Below are positions 59,840-64,000 of a stretch of 64,000 bases of DNA, one piece after another. Every line of letters starts with the position of its first letter. Position 1 is the stretch's first letter. Under the pieces are notes generated by a model. The model searched no databases. It was not told the origin of the DNA and saw only the letters and a program-made list of their open reading frames with translations. A program made the position numbers and the translations under genes. Location of the stretch: NCBI GenBank assembly GCA_030529945.1, contig JAUMVX010000002.1, positions 17,160-81,159 on the forward strand. Reading direction: 5' to 3'. This DNA is from Bacteroidia bacterium (GTDB taxonomy: Bacteria > Bacteroidota > Bacteroidia > Bacteroidales > UBA932).

Positions 59840-60706
59840 TTATTCTTCCGTCGGGGTGATCCAGCGTATGGAGGGGTCTCGCCGCCACCAGCTCAGCTGC
59901 CGTTTGGCATAGTGGCGGGTGTTCGTCTTGATGTCCTCCGCTGCCTTCTCCTGAGAGAGCTCTCCGTCCAGATAGGAAAATATTTCCCGATATCCCACGG
60001 TCTTGAGAGCGGTCAGGCTCCTGTACCGCTGAAGGGAGCGGACTTCCTCGATCAGGCCCGCCGAAAGCATCGCGTCCACCCTCCGGTCTATCCGCGCATA
60101 AAGCTCCTCGCGGGGGCGGAAGATGCCGATTTTTTCTATTTCGAAATCGCGGGCGGCGCCTGACGGACGGAACGAAGAATAGGGCTTCCCCGTAGTGAGG
60201 CATATCTCGACAGCGCGGAACACCCTCTGAGTGTTCGAGAGATCCATAGTGGCGTAGGCTTCGGGATCGAGCGTACGCAGGGTATCGCGCAGCGGCTCTA
60301 TGCCCTCCGTTTCCAGACGCGTCTGCAGTTCCTTCCTTACGGAGAGGTCCGCAGTGGGCACGTGGCTCAGGCTGTTGCACACCGCGTCGATGTAGAACAT
60401 AGAACCTCCGCACATCACCAGATTCTCGTGGCCTTCCGCGAAAAGTCGCGAGATGAGCGCGAGCGCCTCCGTCTCGTAAGTGCCTGCGGTGTAGTAATCG
60501 GTGACCGAAATGGTCTGTATGAAATAGTGGCGGACTGCCGCGAGCTGCTGCGCGTCCGGTACGGCGGTCCCTATGCTCATCTCCTTATATATCTGGCGGG
60601 AATCGCAGGAAATCACGGGGGAGCCGAGAGACTGTGCAAGACGGATGCTGTAGTCGGTCTTGCCGCTGGCCGTGGGGCCGAGGACTATGATGAGTTTTCT
60701 GCTCAA
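59840..60706 (-). CDS. miaA: tRNA dimethylallyltransferase
   Basis: GPTASGKT, DSRQIYKEMSIGTA, GGSMFY, TRHYAKRQLSW. Confidence 0.96.
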   Translation of the reverse strand: MSRKLIIVLGPTASGKTDYSIRLAQSLGSPVISCDSRQIYKEMSIGTAVPDAQQLAAVRHYFIQTISVTDYYTAGTYETEALALISRLFAEGHENLVMCGGSMFYIDAVCNSLSHVPTADLSVRKELQTRLETEGIEPLRDTLRTLDPEAYATMDLSNTQRVFRAVEICLTTGKPYSSFRPSGAARDFEIEKIGIFRPREELYARIDRRVDAMLSAGLIEEVRSLQRYRSLTALKTVGYREIFSYLDGELSQEKAAEDIKTNTRHYAKRQLSWWRRDPSIRWITPTEE

Positions 60707-60725
60707 GAGTCTGCCCGGGAGGATG

Positions 60726-61367
60726 TCAGATGCTCAGGTCTTCAGTCCCGTCGTAGATTTCTACGCCGTCTTCATCACATTTACCTCTCGGCTCGTCATC
60801 TTCCTCGTCATCCTCCTCCTCATCATCTTCCGCCCCTTCGTCATCGAAGTCCTCATCGCCTTCGTCCTTGGAAAGCGCGTCGAGAAGGCTGCTCAGACCG
60901 CTCTTGCGGTTCCGGTCACTCTCGCTCGGCAGGTGCCTCTGGTCGTCCGGCAGGTCCTCGAACGCCACATAGCCGTTCTCGAACTCTATCGGGTTCGGCC
61001 CCTTGCTGTCCACAAGTACGGGAACGCGGGTCTCATCCGCCCCTTTTCTCTCGCCCTCGAGCGTGACTATGACGCTCTTGCGGTTCGTCACGTCATAGAA
61101 GAATACGAACGAACGGACACCCTTCTTCACGCTTTCCCTGATGCTCGTGCAGTCCACCGTGCCGAATCCCAGGTCCACAAGACCATAGCGTGCGACCACG
61201 CTCCCTACGGCATCCAGACCCTTGAACAGTATCACCTGATCGCGCGGGAAATCCATATCATCTCTCATCTGCTTGTAGAAAGAGTACAGCGAATTGTCGG
61301 CGTTTACATCGTAAACTCTATAGAATCCCTTTATGCCGGGAAGTGTGACGCGATAAGTGTAAACCAT
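60726..61367 (-). CDS. Conserved hypothetical protein (pRiA4b ORF3 / IS1096-passenger TnpR-like) with acidic tail
   Basis: MVYTYRVTL...FFYDVTNRK...KGPNPIEFE; Asp/Glu-rich C-terminus; position upstream of miaA. Confidence 0.6.
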   Translation of the reverse strand: MVYTYRVTLPGIKGFYRVYDVNADNSLYSFYKQMRDDMDFPRDQVILFKGLDAVGSVVARYGLVDLGFGTVDCTSIRESVKKGVRSFVFFYDVTNRKSVIVTLEGERKGADETRVPVLVDSKGPNPIEFENGYVAFEDLPDDQRHLPSESDRNRKSGLSSLLDALSKDEGDEDFDDEGAEDDEEEDDEEDDEPRGKCDEDGVEIYDGTEDLSI

Positions 61368-61398
61368 CAGTTTTGAACAGTTTTTTTATTTGAGCGAG

Positions 61399-61427
61399 CA
61401 AAGGTAAAGAAAAAATCACTAAATTTG
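61399..61427. promoter_or_regulatory. Back-to-back -7 elements
   Basis: CAAAGGTA (61399-406), 13 nt, then TAAATTTG (61420-27). Confidence 0.7.
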
Positions 61428-61440
61428 AACAAGAGTTCAT

Positions 61441-61500
61441 TCACGCCTTGATGGAGTCCTGCGCAAGCGTCCCGACGCCCCCGGGGACCTTTGTGCGTGG
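61441..61500 (+). ncRNA. Acido-Lenti-1-like RNA motif candidate
   Basis: Closing stem TCACGC/GCGTGG around TTGATGGAGTCCTGCGCAAGCG, close to my recollection of the Acido-Lenti-1 core; starts just after a -7 promoter. Unverified. Confidence 0.5.
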
Positions 61501-61530
61501 CGACAGTCCCGCAAGAGGATCGACAGACAG

Positions 61531-62133
61531 ATGACAGACGTTTATTACAGCATAGCTTCACCTTCCCGTGGCCTGTTCAGGGACAACGGCAGCCGTTTCA
61601 TCGCGCTGGCTTATCCCGTGGAGACGGTCGCGGAAGTGAAGGCCATAGTGGAAGGCCTGAAAAAGGAGTATCACGATGCCCGCCATCACTGCTTCGCCTA
61701 CCGCCTCGGGCACACGGGGGAGGTCTTCCGTGCGAGCGACGACGGCGAACCGGCCGGTTCTGCCGGCCGCCAGATACTCGCTCAGATAGATTCTGCGTCT
61801 CTGAGTGATGTCCTCGTGGTGGTCGTAAGGTATTTCGGGGGCATAAAGCTGGGTATCCCGGGACTCATAAGAGCTTACAGGACTTCCGCCTCCGATGCTA
61901 TCGAAAATGCCGGCACGGTGGAGAAAGTCGCCTCAAAGCTCTTTCTGGTGTCTTTCCCTTATCTGTCGATGAATGCCGTGATGAAGACGGTGAAGGATCT
62001 TTCCCTCACTCCGTCCGGACAGGAGTTCGGCAGCGCGTGCAGGATGGAATTGCGCGTCAGACTGTCCTCAGAGGACATTTTCCGTTCGAGACTGTCCGTT
62101 ATAGATGGTGCTCAAATGGAGGAAATTGTTTAA
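61531..62133 (+). CDS. YigZ/IMPACT-family protein
   Basis: SRFIALAYP, DARHHCFAYR, DDGEPAGSAG, VVRYFGGIKLG. Confidence 0.93.
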   Translation: MTDVYYSIASPSRGLFRDNGSRFIALAYPVETVAEVKAIVEGLKKEYHDARHHCFAYRLGHTGEVFRASDDGEPAGSAGRQILAQIDSASLSDVLVVVVRYFGGIKLGIPGLIRAYRTSASDAIENAGTVEKVASKLFLVSFPYLSMNAVMKTVKDLSLTPSGQEFGSACRMELRVRLSSEDIFRSRLSVIDGAQMEEIV

Positions 62134-62218
62134 TTTTTAACGTAGATTTGGCAGATTCGTTATTAATTATTACCTTTAAGGACTTATAACGAATAAACCA
62201 TAATAATTTTAAAAACTA

Positions 62219-63295
62219 ATGTCTAAGGTTCACGTTTTCAATGCAGGTCCCTGCCTTCTGCCGCAGGCTGTTTATGATGCGTCCATTGAAGCCATAAAGG
62301 ACTTCAAGGGGACTGGTGTTTCAGTGCTGTCCATCTCCCACAGGACGAAAGAGTGGGAGGAGACTATGAACGAGTGCCGCGCTCTCTGGAAAGAACTTCT
62401 CCACATCCCGGAAGGATATGAGGTGGTCTTCCTCGGCGGCGGCGCATCTCTGGAATTCCTTTACGTGGCTATGAACTTCCTCGAGAAGAAGGCTGCGTAT
62501 CTGGACACGGGCGTATGGGCCCACAAGGCCCTGAAAGAGGCCCAGGGCATCGGTGAGGCGTATGCCATAGCTTGTTCCAAGGACAGGAACTACAGCTATG
62601 TACCTAAGGATTTCGAGGTTCCCGAGGATCTCGACTATCTGCACATCACCACTAATAACACTATCTACGGCACCGAGATCAGGGAAGATTGGGACTGCAA
62701 GGTTCCGCTCATCGCCGATATGTCCTCAGACATTCTCAGCCGTCCGGTGGACGTAAGCAAGTACACTATGATTTACGGCGGCGCCCAGAAGAACGCGGGT
62801 CCTGCGGGAGTCATCTTCGCCATCATAAAGAAGGATGCTCTCGGCAAGGTCAGCCGCTATATCCCTACTATGCTCGACTACCGCACCCACATCGACAAGG
62901 AGTCTATGTTCAACACTCCTCCCGTCTTCTCCATCTTCGTGATGAACGAGACCCTGAAGTGGGTGAAGAGCATCGGCGGAGTGGAGGCTATGCACGAGAT
63001 TAACCTCCGGAAGGCCAAGACTCTCTACGACGAGATCGACCGCAACTCCCTCTTCACGGGTACGGCCGCCGTCGAGGACCGCTCCATAATGAACATCTGC
63101 TTCGTGATGGCTCCGGGCCGCGAGGCGCTTCAGGACGAGTTTATGGCTTTCGCCAAGCAGCACGGTATGATCGGCATCAAGGGACACCGCTCAGTCGGCG
63201 GTTTCCGTGCTTCCGTTTACAATGCCTGCACCCAGGAGGACGTGGACGCCCTCGTAGCCTGTATGCGGGAATTCGAAAACCTTCATAAACAGTAA
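62219..63295 (+). CDS. serC: Phosphoserine aminotransferase
   Basis: [46 protein letters not shown]. Confidence 0.96.
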   Translation: MSKVHVFNAGPCLLPQAVYDASIEAIKDFKGTGVSVLSISHRTKEWEETMNECRALWKELLHIPEGYEVVFLGGGASLEFLYVAMNFLEKKAAYLDTGVWAHKALKEAQGIGEAYAIACSKDRNYSYVPKDFEVPEDLDYLHITTNNTIYGTEIREDWDCKVPLIADMSSDILSRPVDVSKYTMIYGGAQKNAGPAGVIFAIIKKDALGKVSRYIPTMLDYRTHIDKESMFNTPPVFSIFVMNETLKWVKSIGGVEAMHEINLRKAKTLYDEIDRNSLFTGTAAVEDRSIMNICFVMAPGREALQDEFMAFAKQHGMIGIKGHRSVGGFRASVYNACTQEDVDALVACMREFENLHKQ

Positions 63296-63300
63296 CAGGT

Positions 63301-64000
63301 ATGAAAGTATTGCTCGCAACCCAGAAACCTTTCGCAGCAGCTGCGGTAGCTGAAATAAGAAAAGTGGTCGAGGATGGTGGACACTCCCTCGTGCTGCTCG
63401 AAAAATATGCCGGACAGTCAGACCTGGTGGCTGCCGTAGCCGACGTGGAGGCTATGATAATCCGCTCCGACAAGGTGACTGCGGAGGTTCTCGACGCCGC
63501 GAAGAATCTCAGAATCGTAGTCCGCGCGGGCGCGGGCTACGACAATGTGGACCTTGCGGCCGCGACGGCTCACGGAGTGGTGGTTATGAACACTCCGGGA
63601 CAGAATTCGAACGCCGTGGCCGAACTCGCCATCGCGCTGATGATCTTTATGGCCAGAAACCAGTTCACTCCGGCCACGGGTACCGAGATTCAGGGCAAGA
63701 CCCTGGGTATCCAGGCTTTCGGAAACGTGGGCCGTCTCGTTGGCAAGAAAGCAGAAGCGCTCGGAATGAAGGTTATGGCCATCGACCCGTTCCTTCCTGA
63801 TGAGAAGATCATCGAGGGCGGAGCAGAGCCTGCCGGGTCGCTTGAGGCCCTCTACTCTTCCTGCGACTATGTTTCAGTACACATCCCGGCGACTCCGGAG
63901 ACCATCGGCTCCATCGGCTACGACCTGATCGCGAAGATGCCGAAGGGCGCGACCCTCGTGAACACCGCCCGCAAGGAAGTCATCGACGAGGCTGGCCTCG
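63301..64000 (+). CDS. serA: D-3-phosphoglycerate dehydrogenase-like 2-hydroxyacid dehydrogenase (runs off the window)
   Basis: Not in ORF track. Hand translation gives MKVLLATQKPF...RAGAGYDNVD...NTPGQNSNAVAEL...GKTLGIQAFGNVG...LVNTARKEVIDE; follows serC. Confidence 0.85.
   Translation, partial: MKVLLATQKPFAAAAVAEIRKVVEDGGHSLVLLEKYAGQSDLVAAVADVEAMIIRSDKVTAEVLDAAKNLRIVVRAGAGYDNVDLAAATAHGVVVMNTPGQNSNAVAELAIALMIFMARNQFTPATGTEIQGKTLGIQAFGNVGRLVGKKAEALGMKVMAIDPFLPDEKIIEGGAEPAGSLEALYSSCDYVSVHIPATPETIGSIGYDLIAKMPKGATLVNTARKEVIDEAGL

Noticed and set aside
60726-61367. Mobile element implied by the IS1096-passenger-like family name
   Set aside because: No transposase, terminal repeats or target duplication; the gene sits in a housekeeping context.

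Overview
64 kb of chromosomal DNA from a relatively GC-rich Bacteroidales. The TAnnTTTG promoters, SusC/SusD pair and gene content suggest an Alistipes/'Ca. Cryptobacteroides'-like gut lineage; this placement is an inference. The backbone is housekeeping: mdh, PPTase, mscL, lepA, split transketolase, an ECF sigma trio, LolD-like ATPase, rfbA, U32, polyprenyl synthase, rdgB, S41 protease, uvrA, acyl-CoA synthetase, miaA, serC and a serA-like gene. I saw no IS, integrase, phage, CRISPR, rRNA or tRNA gene. The best leads are these six. (1) An amino-sugar locus (AraC-GH20 / GH9-CE4 fusion-ROK-MFS-SIS-NagA) that could be a chitin/chitosan-oligosaccharide pathway with no NagB in the window. (2) A candidate ~90-nt sRNA with its own promoter and terminator inside that locus. 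(3) A CAZyme-free SusCD locus behind an M6 protease/lipoprotein pair, ending in tandem FN3 surface lipoproteins with aromatic-rich tips. (4) Twin deoxynucleoside kinases about 70% identical but differing at base-recognition residues. (5) A TolC-HlyD-double ABC-2 permease exporter with no ATPase gene. (6) Several intergenic structured RNAs: an SRP-like RNA, an Acido-Lenti-1-like RNA, and an unassigned leader with a uORF. All family assignments come from motif recognition by eye; no database searches were run.
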